Of a stretch of DNA of 60,174 nucleotides, positions 1-10,137 are shown in pieces. Each line of letters starts with the position of its first letter. The first letter of the stretch is position 1. A program made the translations under genes and the position numbers. The notes beneath the pieces are model-generated. The model was not told the origin of the DNA, made no database searches, and worked only from the letters and a program-made list of their open reading frames with translations. The DNA lies in the sequence record DRR723986_566; one strand, 5' to 3'.

Positions 1-590
1 CCGTCAGCGCCAGCAGATTTCAGGCCGCTTGGTGCAACGATGGCAAGAATAGTAAAGTCACGATCAGTGATTGTTGGCACGGCACCTTCAGGAAGTGCGA
101 TTTCCGAAATCTTGATGGCGTCGCCAAGGTCAAGATTTGTCACATCAACTTCAATGGCCTCAGGAATTGCGTCCGCAGCAACATTAAGCTCAATGTCGTG
201 ACGCGTGTGGTTGATCACACCGCCGCGCTTCAGGCCAACAGACTCGTCTTCGCCGACAACATGGATAGGCACAGCCATTGTAACTGTTGCCCCTTTACCA
301 AGGCGCAGGAAGTCAATGTGCATAGGCACATCTGTTACAGGATGAATCTGCAGATCACGAGGCAGAACGGTTGTTTTCTTGCCGTCAACTTTAATATCAT
401 AGGTATGAGACATAAAGCCGCCGCGGTTCAGCAAACGAACAACTTCGTTCATTTTAATCTGAACTGATTCAGGGTCTTTTTTATCGCCGTATATTACAGC
501 AGGTACAAAGCCAGCGCGACGTGTTGCGCGGCTGGCTCCCTTGCCAAGCCTTTCACGTGCTTCTGCTTCGATGGTGATGACGTTAGCCAT
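1..590 (-). CDS. rplY: 50S ribosomal protein L25/Ctc (3' end runs off window)
   Basis: Manual translation from ATG at 590: MANVITIEAEARERLGKGASRATRRAGFVPAVIYGDKKDP; GGAGA SD upstream; absent from the ORF track because it is truncated. Confidence 0.96.
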   Translation of the reverse strand, partial: MANVITIEAEARERLGKGASRATRRAGFVPAVIYGDKKDPESVQIKMNEVVRLLNRGGFMSHTYDIKVDGKKTTVLPRDLQIHPVTDVPMHIDFLRLGKGATVTMAVPIHVVGEDESVGLKRGGVINHTRHDIELNVAADAIPEAIEVDVTNLDLGDAIKISEIALPEGAVPTITDRDFTILAIVAPSGLKSAGAD

Positions 591-732
591 TCACTTTCTC
601 CAAACTTGAACCGGTCAAATGGACCATCCATTTGCCGACCGTCACTTCCTCCAGGGATGCAAGGACGGATTGCCCGCACGGGCCATCCCGAACGAGTCGG
701 CGGGGTTTAGCCTGTATCCCGCTCGATTGCAA
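591..732 (-). promoter_or_regulatory. rplY promoter and structured 5' leader
   Basis: TTGCAA-17-TAAACC on minus strand (732-727, 709-704); stems 616-634, 639-668 and 667-688. Confidence 0.5.
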
Positions 733-909
733 GGTTTTTGGTTGATTTTGCCGCCCTTGTCTGTGGTTGTTGACGACTAAACGGAACGGACAGACATATA
801 GCAGCGCGATTAAAGACTTTTTTGTTTGTTCATCAATGGTTCAGTTAGTGTAGGCTATTGCCTAATTCATGGTGCTGTCATAATTATTGTAACCTTAGAG
901 GAGGCCCTC

Positions 910-1572
910 ATGAAAATACTTAAAATTGCCGCACTGGCTGCCGTATTTGTTGGTGCAGGCGTGACACAGACTGCTGGCGCTGCAGAAGTTGATGTTAAAT
1001 TCTCTCCGCGCATTCAGAAAGACCTGAATCGGATAAACAATGTTGAAAAAAGACGCGAAGTGTTTTTCAGAAAATACCGTGATGAGGGGGCCAATCGTCG
1101 ACCGAATAGAATGCCCAATGTAAGTCGGTTTTTCGGCACTGAGTTTGGCTCGGAGCGGTTAATCCCCGACGTAGATGATTTTAGTATCACGGCTCTCGCC
1201 GAAGCAATGGCTGCAAAAGGGTTGGAATCTGCAAAAAACCATAATGCGGCGAACAAACTTGTTGTGGAAATTGATGAGTTTTTTGCCTCAAACTATTCTC
1301 TTGCCACATTCCGGTCTTTCAATACCCGTATGAGCGGCACCGTTAGCTTGGTTGACCCAAGCGGCAAAACCATTGCCAGTGAAGAAGTCAACACAGTTAT
1401 TCTACCTCAGTTCAATGGTTCCATGGCTTATACTGGCCCTGAATATGCCTTTCTTCGTCAGTCGATGAATGTGCGCATGGGCCCCATTTTGGCAACTTTC
1501 ATTGAAAAAGGTATTGAAGGCCTATACCCGGACGCCGACGTGCCGGGGCCGGTTTTTCTGCGCGAAAGATAA
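910..1572 (+). CDS. Hypothetical exported protein
   Basis: GAGGAGG SD before ATG 910; signal peptide MKILKIAALAAVFVGAG...AGA-AE. Confidence 0.8.
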   Translation: MKILKIAALAAVFVGAGVTQTAGAAEVDVKFSPRIQKDLNRINNVEKRREVFFRKYRDEGANRRPNRMPNVSRFFGTEFGSERLIPDVDDFSITALAEAMAAKGLESAKNHNAANKLVVEIDEFFASNYSLATFRSFNTRMSGTVSLVDPSGKTIASEEVNTVILPQFNGSMAYTGPEYAFLRQSMNVRMGPILATFIEKGIEGLYPDADVPGPVFLRER

Positions 1573-1601
1573 ACTGAGTTTATCTTAAAAGCTAATCAAC
1601 G

Positions 1602-1635
1602 AAAAAGCGCTGGCCCCTGTGGTCTGCGCTTTTTT
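1602..1635 (+). terminator. Intrinsic terminator
   Basis: AAAAAGCGC...GCGCTTTTTT hairpin after stop. Confidence 0.75.
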
Positions 1636-1734
1636 CATTTGCCATGTTCTATTGAATTTTGGTGCGGCTTTTCCTAAATTGTTTCCATAATAATAAGCCA
1701 ACCCACAAAAGGGTGGCACAGCGAGGAAACAATA

Positions 1735-2445
1735 ATGAAAATACAAAAAAGCTGCGGTGCCGCGCCTGGCAGCCGCTTTTCTTATTCGTGGTCGGCATTA
1801 CTGGACGCGCTTATCATTGTTGCTGTTTTGGTGATCGTGAAGCAGTTTTTTCTGCTCTACACCATCAAATATGCGGGGCCTATTTCCACTTTAACGGCAA
1901 TGGGTGTTGCCACGTGGCGGTTGCGTGCTCGCAGCATGAGCTGGGCAGACCTAGGTTTTATAAAACCGGAAAGCTGGCCCAAAACGCTGGCATGGTCGGT
2001 TGCGGCATTCGGTGTGATTGTCGGGTTCGGCGCGCTCGGCACCGGCGTTGCCGAACAATTTTTTGTCAAAGCCGAAGCCAGCAACCGGTTTGGGAACATC
2101 GAAGGTGATCTGCCTCAGTATATACTCTGGATGTCGTTGGTTTGGACCCACAGCGCCTTTTTTGAGGAAATGCTTTTTCGGGCATTCATTATCAATCGCC
2201 TCGGTGCGTTTTTTGGTAGTTCCACAGCGGCAACGTTGCTCTCGGTTGTTATAGCGGCAGTATTTTTTGGGTATCGTCATGCCTATTATCAGGGTCTGTT
2301 TGGTTTTGTGGTTACCGGCACCATTGGCCTTGGTCTGGGGCTATTTTATGTGTGGTTTGGCAAGAAGAACCTTTGGCCACAAATTCTAGCCCACGGCACC
2401 ATGAACAGTATCGGTTTCACCATGCGGTTTCTGGGAATGAAATGA
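1735..2445 (+). CDS. CPBP/CAAX family intramembrane metalloprotease
   Basis: EEMLFR, FFGYRH and AHGTMN motifs; multiple TM helices. Confidence 0.9.
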   Translation: MKIQKSCGAAPGSRFSYSWSALLDALIIVAVLVIVKQFFLLYTIKYAGPISTLTAMGVATWRLRARSMSWADLGFIKPESWPKTLAWSVAAFGVIVGFGALGTGVAEQFFVKAEASNRFGNIEGDLPQYILWMSLVWTHSAFFEEMLFRAFIINRLGAFFGSSTAATLLSVVIAAVFFGYRHAYYQGLFGFVVTGTIGLGLGLFYVWFGKKNLWPQILAHGTMNSIGFTMRFLGMK

Positions 2446-2468
2446 TGAAGCAATAGGTATTACGGCAT

Positions 2469-2498
2469 AAAAAAGCCCGCTGGATTAGCGGGCTTTTT
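2469..2498. terminator. Bidirectional intrinsic terminator
   Basis: AAAAAAGCCCGCT-GGATT-AGCGGGCTTTTT between convergent genes. Confidence 0.9.
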
Positions 2499-2523
2499 GT
2501 TGGTTGAGTAATAGCGTTGCTGA

Positions 2524-3552
2524 TTAGTCACCAACAGGGGCGATTTCAGGCACCTCTGATAGCCGAGCCTTAAGCGGTTTCAGGTCTGTTTCTGTATAGT
2601 CCCGAATAATGGCACGGGCATCATTAGAAGCTTGCTCTGTACTCATTTCCCCTTCTGCAAGGGCTGTGGCAACACCAAGAATTTGCATGTAAATTTCTTC
2701 TGGCTCGCCTTGAACGGTGAGGCCGAATGCGGCTGTATTGGTTTCAAGGTTGGCCCATTCGGTGCGAACGTTACGCCAAAAATCACTGGTTTTTTCCCAA
2801 TAGGCCATTGCGGAAGTCGCATCAATGTCGTCGGCTTTAACATAGGTGTTCACACCCACTTCGCGCACCAGTGCCTTGGGTGCAGCGCCGTCCAAAATCA
2901 ACTTGGTGTTATCTTGCTCGTGCACCCATCCATTCGGCGTTATGGCGTGGCGATTAACCGCTTCAATGGCATGGTAATCACTGCGCTTGGTTGCGTCCCG
3001 GCGGGGCAGGGGGCGCCAGCTAGGCGCGGAAGCCCACTCGGCAAAACCACTGTCATAGCGCCATGCGCCAAGCCCGGCGTAGCGCGGGCCGTCATCAACC
3101 TGATAAACGAACTGCGCCCACTTTCCAGCCGTTTCATCAGCGTTTAGGGTAACCTTTTCCCAAACATTGCCACCAACAAAGCGCGTGATGGACGCGGGTT
3201 CAAATGCCCAGTCTTGCCGCCAATGTTTGATTGGTATTTTCCGTTCGCCGCCAACCAGCAATATATGCTGCAGGCTGATAAAGTCACCGCGGTCTTCAAT
3301 CACACGCACGATCTCTTGGGCGTGGGTTACATAGGCATCTTTCGGTTTGTAACCTTCGTGCAAGGCAACGGTTTCGCGGAAATCAAAGGTCACACTATAG
3401 TCACCGGCCATGGCTAAAATGGCTTGCCTGTCCCGGTCAATATCGGCAGCAGCGTTGCTGTTTGAAACACTGGCATACTGCGATGAAGAGGCGCATGCTC
3501 CTGTAAACAAAACCGCCACCACAACGGCCACGCGGCGCATATTTTCAATCAT
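2524..3552 (-). CDS. DUF6607-like lipoprotein
   Basis: Lipobox FTGAC; motifs IKHWRQDW, YQVDDGPRY, WRPLPRR, WVHEQDN recognised from memory of this family. Confidence 0.75.
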   Translation of the reverse strand: MIENMRRVAVVVAVLFTGACASSSQYASVSNSNAAADIDRDRQAILAMAGDYSVTFDFRETVALHEGYKPKDAYVTHAQEIVRVIEDRGDFISLQHILLVGGERKIPIKHWRQDWAFEPASITRFVGGNVWEKVTLNADETAGKWAQFVYQVDDGPRYAGLGAWRYDSGFAEWASAPSWRPLPRRDATKRSDYHAIEAVNRHAITPNGWVHEQDNTKLILDGAAPKALVREVGVNTYVKADDIDATSAMAYWEKTSDFWRNVRTEWANLETNTAAFGLTVQGEPEEIYMQILGVATALAEGEMSTEQASNDARAIIRDYTETDLKPLKARLSEVPEIAPVGD

Positions 3553-3586
3553 TTTATCGATCTCCCTGACATTAGTAAATAATATT

Positions 3587-3655
3587 AAGACTCACTTGCA
3601 TTTGCAAAAACATACTGTTAAATCCTGAATAGTGCAACTAATAATGATTCGCAAT
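3587..3655. promoter_or_regulatory. Two Fur-type iron boxes in divergent promoter
   Basis: TAAGACTCACTTGCA (from 3587, rc TGCAAGTGAGTCTTA) and TAATAATGATTCGCA (3639-3653) resemble the 7-1-7 TGATAATnATTATCA box. Confidence 0.65.
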
Positions 3656-3678
3656 ATTAAATTTAGGATATTTATTTT

Positions 3679-5808
3679 ATGACGATGAAAACATCTACTC
3701 GCGCAATGAAATGCGGTGTTTCTTCCCTGGCAATTACACTATTAATGAGTGGGGCCTTTACCGCTGCAAATAGCGCGGAGGAGTTTGTCGAGCTAGATGC
3801 TGAAGATATTGAAGAAATCAGCGTTACCGCCACACGCGGTCCGTCAGATATATTTTCTTTCCCCGGCAGCGTAAGCGTTATTTCCCGAGACGAGATTGAA
3901 AGCCGTATTACCGCAAGTGTCGCTGAAATCTTTGCTCAAACCCCTGGCGTTCAATTCACGGGCGGCCCGCGCCGTACCGGTGACATTCCAGCCTTGCGCG
4001 GCATATCAGGCGAGGGGGTATTGGTGTTGTTTGACGGCGTGCGGCAAAACTTTTTGTCAGGCCATGATGGCCGCTTTTTCATTGAACCAGACTTACTGCG
4101 CGCCGCGGAGGTAGTGCGCGGGCCGGGTTCAGCGCTTTATGGCTCAAGCGCGCTGGGTGGTGTTATCGCCTTTGAAACGGTGAATGCCACTGATTTGCTT
4201 GAAGAAGACGCCCAGTTCGGCTTTCGGGTAAAAAGTGGTTTTCAAGGGTTAAACAATGAGTGGATGGCCGGCGGCACACTGTTTGGTACCACGGAAGACG
4301 GCAAAATTGGTGGTCTTGCCAATTTCACTTGGCGTAACTCAGGCGATATTAACCTTGCGCGCGGAGATGACCTGCAAGGCGATGATGAAATTGCTTCTGG
4401 TCTCGTGAAAATCAACTCTCAAATTACCGATGACCTGAAAATTGATGCCTCTTGGCTGCGGTTTAATAATGATGCGCTAGAGCCTAATAATGGCCAAGGT
4501 ATTTCAACTGGCGACCTTGTGCGCAAAGACATTCAAAGTGAAACATGGCGGGCTCGGGTGAATTATAACCCGGAAAGTGACCTTATTGACCTGGGTGTGA
4601 TTGGCTACATTAATAACTCCAGTGTTGACGAAGCAGAGCTGGACACCACGCGGGAAATTTCGCGCAGTGTTAAAACATACGGGCTTGTTGTCGATAACCG
4701 CTCCAAGTTCACCTTGGGTGCGGCTAGCTCAGTGGTTTTCACTTACGGGGCTGAATATTATAAAGACGAGCAAATTGGGCTTGATAACACCACGGCTGAC
4801 GGTACCCGTGGCGGTGTGCCGGATGCGACGTCTGAAACATTTGGTGCTTTCGTTCAGGCGGACTTCGGCCTTGAAACAGCCGCCGGTATGTTCCGGATTA
4901 TTCCGGCCTTACGCTATGATAATTTCAAAAATTCATCTGATCAAAATCAGGGCCAAAACCCGGGCTTGAATACCAATGACGGGGCTACGTCCCCTAAAAT
5001 TGGTGTGTCCTATGCCCCGACAGATTGGCTGCTATTTTACGGTAATTATTCCGAAGCATTCCGCGCACCGTCCTTTAACGAAATATTCGCTGACAACCTG
5101 CATTTCACCATTCCTTTAGGCCCATTTGTGCAGGCACCAAATTTCTTTGTGCCGAACCTGGACCTTCAGGCGGAACGTGCAAAAGCTTATGAGTTTGGCG
5201 CAGGCCTTACCTTTGAGAATATTGCTTATGACGGTGACCGCCTGGTGATCAAAGGCAGTTATTTTGAAAATGATGTTACTGACTTGATTGACCTTGAGGT
5301 GAATGTTGAGTTCTCTCCCGCATGCTTTGGTGCGCCGTTCGGTGTTTGCACATCTGGGACAAGCCGCAATGTAAACACGGCGCGCGCTCAGCTTGATGGT
5401 TTTGAAATTGAAGGCCAATACAGCAGCGACTATCTGTTCCTGTCTGCCGCTTATTCAACCATTGATGGCCGCGACCAAAACACTGGCGACTTTGTTGGTG
5501 TGTTGGTGCCTAACCGGCTACAGTTGGTGACAGAAGTGAAAATGCCTGAAAATGACGTACGCTTTGGCATGCGCGCAGAAATCGCGGGAACCTTCGATAA
5601 AGTTAATGACCCTGCGGAACTGCGCCCAAGCTATGAAGTGATTGATACTTACCTGGTATGGCAGCCCAGTGAAGGGCGCTTTGAAGGGTGGCGTTTTGAT
5701 GTGGGTATGAATAATATATTCAATGCGAATGCGGTGCGCACTTTTGCCGGAGTTCCGGGGCCAAACAGAAACCTGAGGGCAACAGTTTCCTGGACATCCA
5801 GCTTCTAA
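3679..5808 (+). CDS. TonB-dependent heme/hemoglobin-type receptor
   Basis: Signal peptide, TonB box EEISVTA, plug motifs GHDGR and RGPGSALYGSSALGG, FRAP and NLDL motifs, C-terminal F. Confidence 0.92.
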   Translation: MTMKTSTRAMKCGVSSLAITLLMSGAFTAANSAEEFVELDAEDIEEISVTATRGPSDIFSFPGSVSVISRDEIESRITASVAEIFAQTPGVQFTGGPRRTGDIPALRGISGEGVLVLFDGVRQNFLSGHDGRFFIEPDLLRAAEVVRGPGSALYGSSALGGVIAFETVNATDLLEEDAQFGFRVKSGFQGLNNEWMAGGTLFGTTEDGKIGGLANFTWRNSGDINLARGDDLQGDDEIASGLVKINSQITDDLKIDASWLRFNNDALEPNNGQGISTGDLVRKDIQSETWRARVNYNPESDLIDLGVIGYINNSSVDEAELDTTREISRSVKTYGLVVDNRSKFTLGAASSVVFTYGAEYYKDEQIGLDNTTADGTRGGVPDATSETFGAFVQADFGLETAAGMFRIIPALRYDNFKNSSDQNQGQNPGLNTNDGATSPKIGVSYAPTDWLLFYGNYSEAFRAPSFNEIFADNLHFTIPLGPFVQAPNFFVPNLDLQAERAKAYEFGAGLTFENIAYDGDRLVIKGSYFENDVTDLIDLEVNVEFSPACFGAPFGVCTSGTSRNVNTARAQLDGFEIEGQYSSDYLFLSAAYSTIDGRDQNTGDFVGVLVPNRLQLVTEVKMPENDVRFGMRAEIAGTFDKVNDPAELRPSYEVIDTYLVWQPSEGRFEGWRFDVGMNNIFNANAVRTFAGVPGPNRNLRATVSWTSSF

Positions 5809-5838
5809 AACTGTTTGGGTTTAATTAGGAGGGTCAAA

Positions 5839-6372
5839 ATGGGGTATAAAAATACAAGAGAAGGTTACGGCCTTCTTGCCAAGAGCTTGCATTGGGGCAT
5901 GGCCATCATGCTGATTAGTATGGTGGCGGTTGGCCTGTATATGAGTGACCTGCCGCGTGGTGATGAAAAGTCTGCCATCATAAGGCTTCATGCATCTTCC
6001 GGCCTATTGGTTGGTACACTAATGGTGCTGCGGTTTATTTGGAAAATGGTTGATACCTCGCCCGAGCCTGCGTCCGATGTAACGTGGCAGGTGTGGTTGG
6101 CGAAAGTGGTGCACTTTGCGCTGTACGGCGTTGTTGTGTTTCAGGTGTTTACGGGCTCAATGTCATTAATGACAGTGGGCTGGGATTTACCTTTCTTCGA
6201 ACTGTTTTCTATTCCGACACCCTATGCGCGTGACATGGACCTACACCATTTCTGGGAAGACCTTCATGTGACCACTTGGTATGTGTTTGCCGGACTGATG
6301 CTGGTGCATTTAATGGCACCAGTTTACCACGTTCTGTTTTCCGATAAGATTATCAAAAATCGAATGCTGTAG
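5839..6372 (+). CDS. Cytochrome b561-family protein
   Basis: AGGAGG SD; LHW, LHAS and LH..H heme-ligand histidines; 4 TM helices. Confidence 0.88.
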   Translation: MGYKNTREGYGLLAKSLHWGMAIMLISMVAVGLYMSDLPRGDEKSAIIRLHASSGLLVGTLMVLRFIWKMVDTSPEPASDVTWQVWLAKVVHFALYGVVVFQVFTGSMSLMTVGWDLPFFELFSIPTPYARDMDLHHFWEDLHVTTWYVFAGLMLVHLMAPVYHVLFSDKIIKNRML

Positions 6373-6409
6373 TGCTTAGGTCAACAAAGGTTTTAGTCGA
6401 ATAGGCCGT

Positions 6410-7348
6410 TTAATCAAACAAGCTAGAAACGCTTGTTTCGTGGGCGATGCGGTTCATGGCTTCAGCCAGTAGGGGTGCTACTGTTACCGGGCGAATCTTA
6501 TCGCTTTTGCGGGCGTCTTCGGTGGGGCGAATACTGTCGGTTATGACCAGTTCATCCATCACTCCGCTGTTGATCCGTTCGTAAGCCGGGCCAGAGAGAA
6601 CGCCGTGCGCAACATATGCCGAAACTGACTTTGCGCCCGCGTCTATTAAAGCTTGTGCCGCGTTGCACAAAGTGCCAGCGCTATCGACGATATCGTCCAC
6701 CAAAATACAGTGGGTGCCATCCACTTCACCGACAATATGCATCACTTCGGAAACACCCGCGCGTTCGCGGCGTTTATCAATGATCGCAATGGGGGCATCC
6801 ACACGTTTTGCATAGGCTCGCGCCCGAACCACGCCGCCAACGTCTGGCGAAACAATGGTCAATTCGCGGCCAGCATATTTTTCTTTCAAGTCACGCACCA
6901 GAACCGGCATGGCATAGAGGTTGTCGGTTGGAATATCGAAAAAGCCCTGAATTTGACCAGCGTGTAAATCCATGGTCAACACCCGGTCAGCGCCAGCGGT
7001 GGTAATAAGGTTAGCAACCAACTTGGCTGAAATGGGCGTGCGGGGGCCGGGCTTTCTATCCTGTCGGGCATAACCAAAATAAGGTAAAACAGCGGTAATT
7101 CTGCGGGCAGAAGCACGGCGAAGTGCATCAATGCACACCAGAAGTTCCATCATGTGGTCATTGGCAGGGAAATTGGTTGGCTGCACCACGAACACATCTT
7201 CGCCGCGCACATTTTCGTGGATCTCAACAAAAACTTCCTGATCTGAAAAGCGCTTAACGGACGCCTTTGCCAGCGGAATATTGAGATAAGCCCCGATAGC
7301 TTCTGCCAATTCTGGATTGGCGTTCCCCGTAAGAATCTTCATGCCCAT
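6410..7348 (-). CDS. prs: Ribose-phosphate pyrophosphokinase
   Basis: [33 protein letters not shown]; start set at GGAGG-preceded ATG 7348. Confidence 0.98.
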   Translation of the reverse strand: MGMKILTGNANPELAEAIGAYLNIPLAKASVKRFSDQEVFVEIHENVRGEDVFVVQPTNFPANDHMMELLVCIDALRRASARRITAVLPYFGYARQDRKPGPRTPISAKLVANLITTAGADRVLTMDLHAGQIQGFFDIPTDNLYAMPVLVRDLKEKYAGRELTIVSPDVGGVVRARAYAKRVDAPIAIIDKRRERAGVSEVMHIVGEVDGTHCILVDDIVDSAGTLCNAAQALIDAGAKSVSAYVAHGVLSGPAYERINSGVMDELVITDSIRPTEDARKSDKIRPVTVAPLLAEAMNRIAHETSVSSLFD

Positions 7349-7670
7349 AGTGGCCTCCACATGATGAAGATTAACCCTAATAACCGGAGCTTTAGCAGCG
7401 CCCTTCGATGCTGTAAAGTGGCCAGTCATTATATGGTAATCTTTCTGGTAAAATTGCCTATGTAAGAGCCTTTTCAAGCAAAAAACGCATCAAATTTGCC
7501 AGCTTTTTTGTTTGAACGCACGGCATCGCCAGAAGATTAGCGAATCATGTTTAGAGAGCAGCAGGTCAGGACACCTTCCAAAAGTAATTCCCAGTATCTA
7601 TTGAACTGCGGTAACGAACAGCCCACGTAGAATCTAACAAGAAAAATAAAAATGTTAGCGAGGAACCCAC

Positions 7671-9224
7671 GTGAGAAAAATATTTCGAGTTATTCTGAAA
7701 ACTGTCTTTGCCCTGTTGCTACTTACAGTGACCTACATGACTGTCGGGGTTTTGTGGCCGCTGCCTTCACCCTCCGTGGGCGGCACGGCTGATAAGTTAC
7801 TGATTGTCGGGGCAACCGTTATCGATGTGGAAAACGGTGAAGCCAAACCAGGGCTTAATATACGCGTGGAAAAAGGCATCATCACAGCTCTGGGTCCGGA
7901 TATTGGAGCGGAGGGGGCCACGGTTATCAATGCAGCCGGGCAGTTCGCCATGCCCGGTATGTTTGACATGCACACACACGGTTTCAAATTATCCCCTCAG
8001 TTGACGCATCCACTTTATGTTGCCAGCGGTGTCACAGCTGTGCGGGACATGGGCGGTTGCCTCGACACAGACGACAGCTGGGCCGCTTGTGCAGTTGATA
8101 AGCAGCGCTGGACCAGTGCGGTTGAGGCAGGCACACTGGTTGGGCCGCGCTATGACCAGATAACCAGCCTTGCCATGAACGGTGGCCGGGCTATTCCCTC
8201 GGGGTTTGATACCAGTTTGGGCGGTGCAACGCCGGATGGCGCGCGCGCCAGAGTGGCGATGGATAGCGCACGCGGCATTGATTTTATTAAAACATACACA
8301 TTCTTGCCGCGCGACAGCTATATGGCGCTAGCGGATGCTGCGACTGACGCAGATATGTATCTGGCCGGGCATCTACCCTTTTCGGTTAGTGGCTTGGAAG
8401 CTGCAGCCGTAGGCCAGCGCAGTTTTGAGCATGCGCTGTTGTTTGTCTTTGAATGTTATCCCGGCTTTGATGCCCTGCGGGACGACCCTGATTTTTTTAA
8501 AGGCTACACAAACGAACTGCGTATGACCATGATAGCAGAGCATGACACGGAACGCTGTGGCGTCTTGTTTCAGGCTATGGCGGATGCGGGTACTGCTTTC
8601 GTGCCAACTCACACCACACGCAAGCTTGATGCTTATGCTCTCGACCCCGCGTACCGGGGTGATGCCCGACTTAAATATATTCCGGCACCGCTGCGTACCC
8701 TGTGGTTGCAGGACGCCGACAATATGGCAAAGCGTGCAGGCGCTGGTGGGGGCGCGGAAAGCTATAAAGCCATATTTGAGTTTGGCCTGAAGCAAACCGG
8801 GTTGGCCCACCGTGCGGGTGTAACAGTGCTTGCCGGAACCGATGCGCCAGACAGTTTCGCCTTCCCGGGGTTGGGAATGGCCGATGAGCTGCATCATCTG
8901 ACGCTGGCCGGATTGTCAAACCTTGATGTGCTGCGCGCAGTCACAGTGCAATCGGCCAATTTTCTGGGCCTTGAAGGCAAAGCCGGGGTCATAAAGGCCG
9001 GCGCCCGCGCTGACATTGTTTTGTTGAACCAAAACCCGCTTCAGGACATTGGCGCCACGTCAGACATTGATGCGGTTATTCTGGCGGGCCTGCACTATGA
9101 CCGCGCTGCGCTCAATGCTATGCTTCAGGGTGTAGAAGAAGCGGCAAATAGTTGGTCTATGTGGCCAAAGTTTATTTGGCAGATACTGCGCAGCCCGATT
9201 ATGCGCAAACAGTTCGCCGACTAA
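7671..9224 (+). CDS. Amidohydrolase family protein with N-terminal membrane anchor
   Basis: PGMFDMHTH, GVTAVRDMGG, AGTDAP, GARADIVLL motifs. Confidence 0.9.
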   Translation: MRKIFRVILKTVFALLLLTVTYMTVGVLWPLPSPSVGGTADKLLIVGATVIDVENGEAKPGLNIRVEKGIITALGPDIGAEGATVINAAGQFAMPGMFDMHTHGFKLSPQLTHPLYVASGVTAVRDMGGCLDTDDSWAACAVDKQRWTSAVEAGTLVGPRYDQITSLAMNGGRAIPSGFDTSLGGATPDGARARVAMDSARGIDFIKTYTFLPRDSYMALADAATDADMYLAGHLPFSVSGLEAAAVGQRSFEHALLFVFECYPGFDALRDDPDFFKGYTNELRMTMIAEHDTERCGVLFQAMADAGTAFVPTHTTRKLDAYALDPAYRGDARLKYIPAPLRTLWLQDADNMAKRAGAGGGAESYKAIFEFGLKQTGLAHRAGVTVLAGTDAPDSFAFPGLGMADELHHLTLAGLSNLDVLRAVTVQSANFLGLEGKAGVIKAGARADIVLLNQNPLQDIGATSDIDAVILAGLHYDRAALNAMLQGVEEAANSWSMWPKFIWQILRSPIMRKQFAD

Positions 9225-9234
9225 AGGATGAGTT

Positions 9235-10011
9235 TTAACCCGCCAGCATAATGCCGGAAAGCTGCCTGCCATAGTCGGCCTCACCCTTGTGGGTGGTGCG
9301 GCGGTAGGAAAAGTGGTTCTCGCTGGCATAGGTGTCAATGTCGCAGTTCATAATGCCGCTGACTTCGGACGCCTCCAGTCGGTTTTTCACCAGTGCAGGC
9401 AGGTTAAATTGCCGGTGTGATGCATCCTTTCCAGCCATAAAAAATTGACCAAAATCAGCATTTTTTGCCAGAAACTGCGCCTCAAAGTCGGCGCTGACTT
9501 CATAACTGGCCTGTTGGATAGTTGGGCCGATGGCTGCCTTGATATCCGACCGGTTAGCCCCGCACTGCTCCATTGCGGCCACGGTGTTTTCAACCACCCC
9601 GGCAAGCGCGCCCTTCCAGCCCGCGTGCGCCGCGCCCACAACGCCTGCTTTCATGTCTGCGAATAACACGGGGGTGCAGTCTGCGGTTAATATACCAAGG
9701 ATAATGCCCGGTTGGTTCGTTACCATCGCATCCGCCTTGGGCCTTTCATCGACTATGGCCTCGCCCCAGTCAGAGGTCACAATGGCAACTTTATCGCTGT
9801 GAACCTGGTAGAGGCTCACCAGCGGTGTGTCACGCCGCCTGGCAATCAGGCTTGCGGCAATGCGCCGATTTTCCCGCACATTGTCCGGGTCATCATCCGA
9901 GCCCGGCCCACAATTCAGGCCCTGGTATATGCCGGTGGAAACCCCGCCTTCGCGTGACAGAAAGCCGTGCGGTGCGCCGATAAGGTCGGGGAATTTCAGA
10001 TGGGATGTCAT
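9235..10011 (-). CDS. pgeF: Peptidoglycan editing factor PgeF (YfiH)
   Basis: HGFLSREGGVS, QVHS, LTADCTPVL, AHAGWKG, FSYRR. Confidence 0.95.
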   Translation of the reverse strand: MTSHLKFPDLIGAPHGFLSREGGVSTGIYQGLNCGPGSDDDPDNVRENRRIAASLIARRRDTPLVSLYQVHSDKVAIVTSDWGEAIVDERPKADAMVTNQPGIILGILTADCTPVLFADMKAGVVGAAHAGWKGALAGVVENTVAAMEQCGANRSDIKAAIGPTIQQASYEVSADFEAQFLAKNADFGQFFMAGKDASHRQFNLPALVKNRLEASEVSGIMNCDIDTYASENHFSYRRTTHKGEADYGRQLSGIMLAG

Positions 10012-10137
10012 GGGCTCAGTTTGCCCGCTGGATGCCGGTTTGGAAACACAAATTTTGCACAGTTTAGATCATCACCTAAACCGCCATACACTTTTCCATG
10101 CTAAAAGTCTGTACTGCGCCAAGCGCTTTGGTCTATC

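Noticed and set aside
198-679. ORFs 198..467 (+) and 494..679 (-)
   Set aside because: Shadow frames of rplY and its leader
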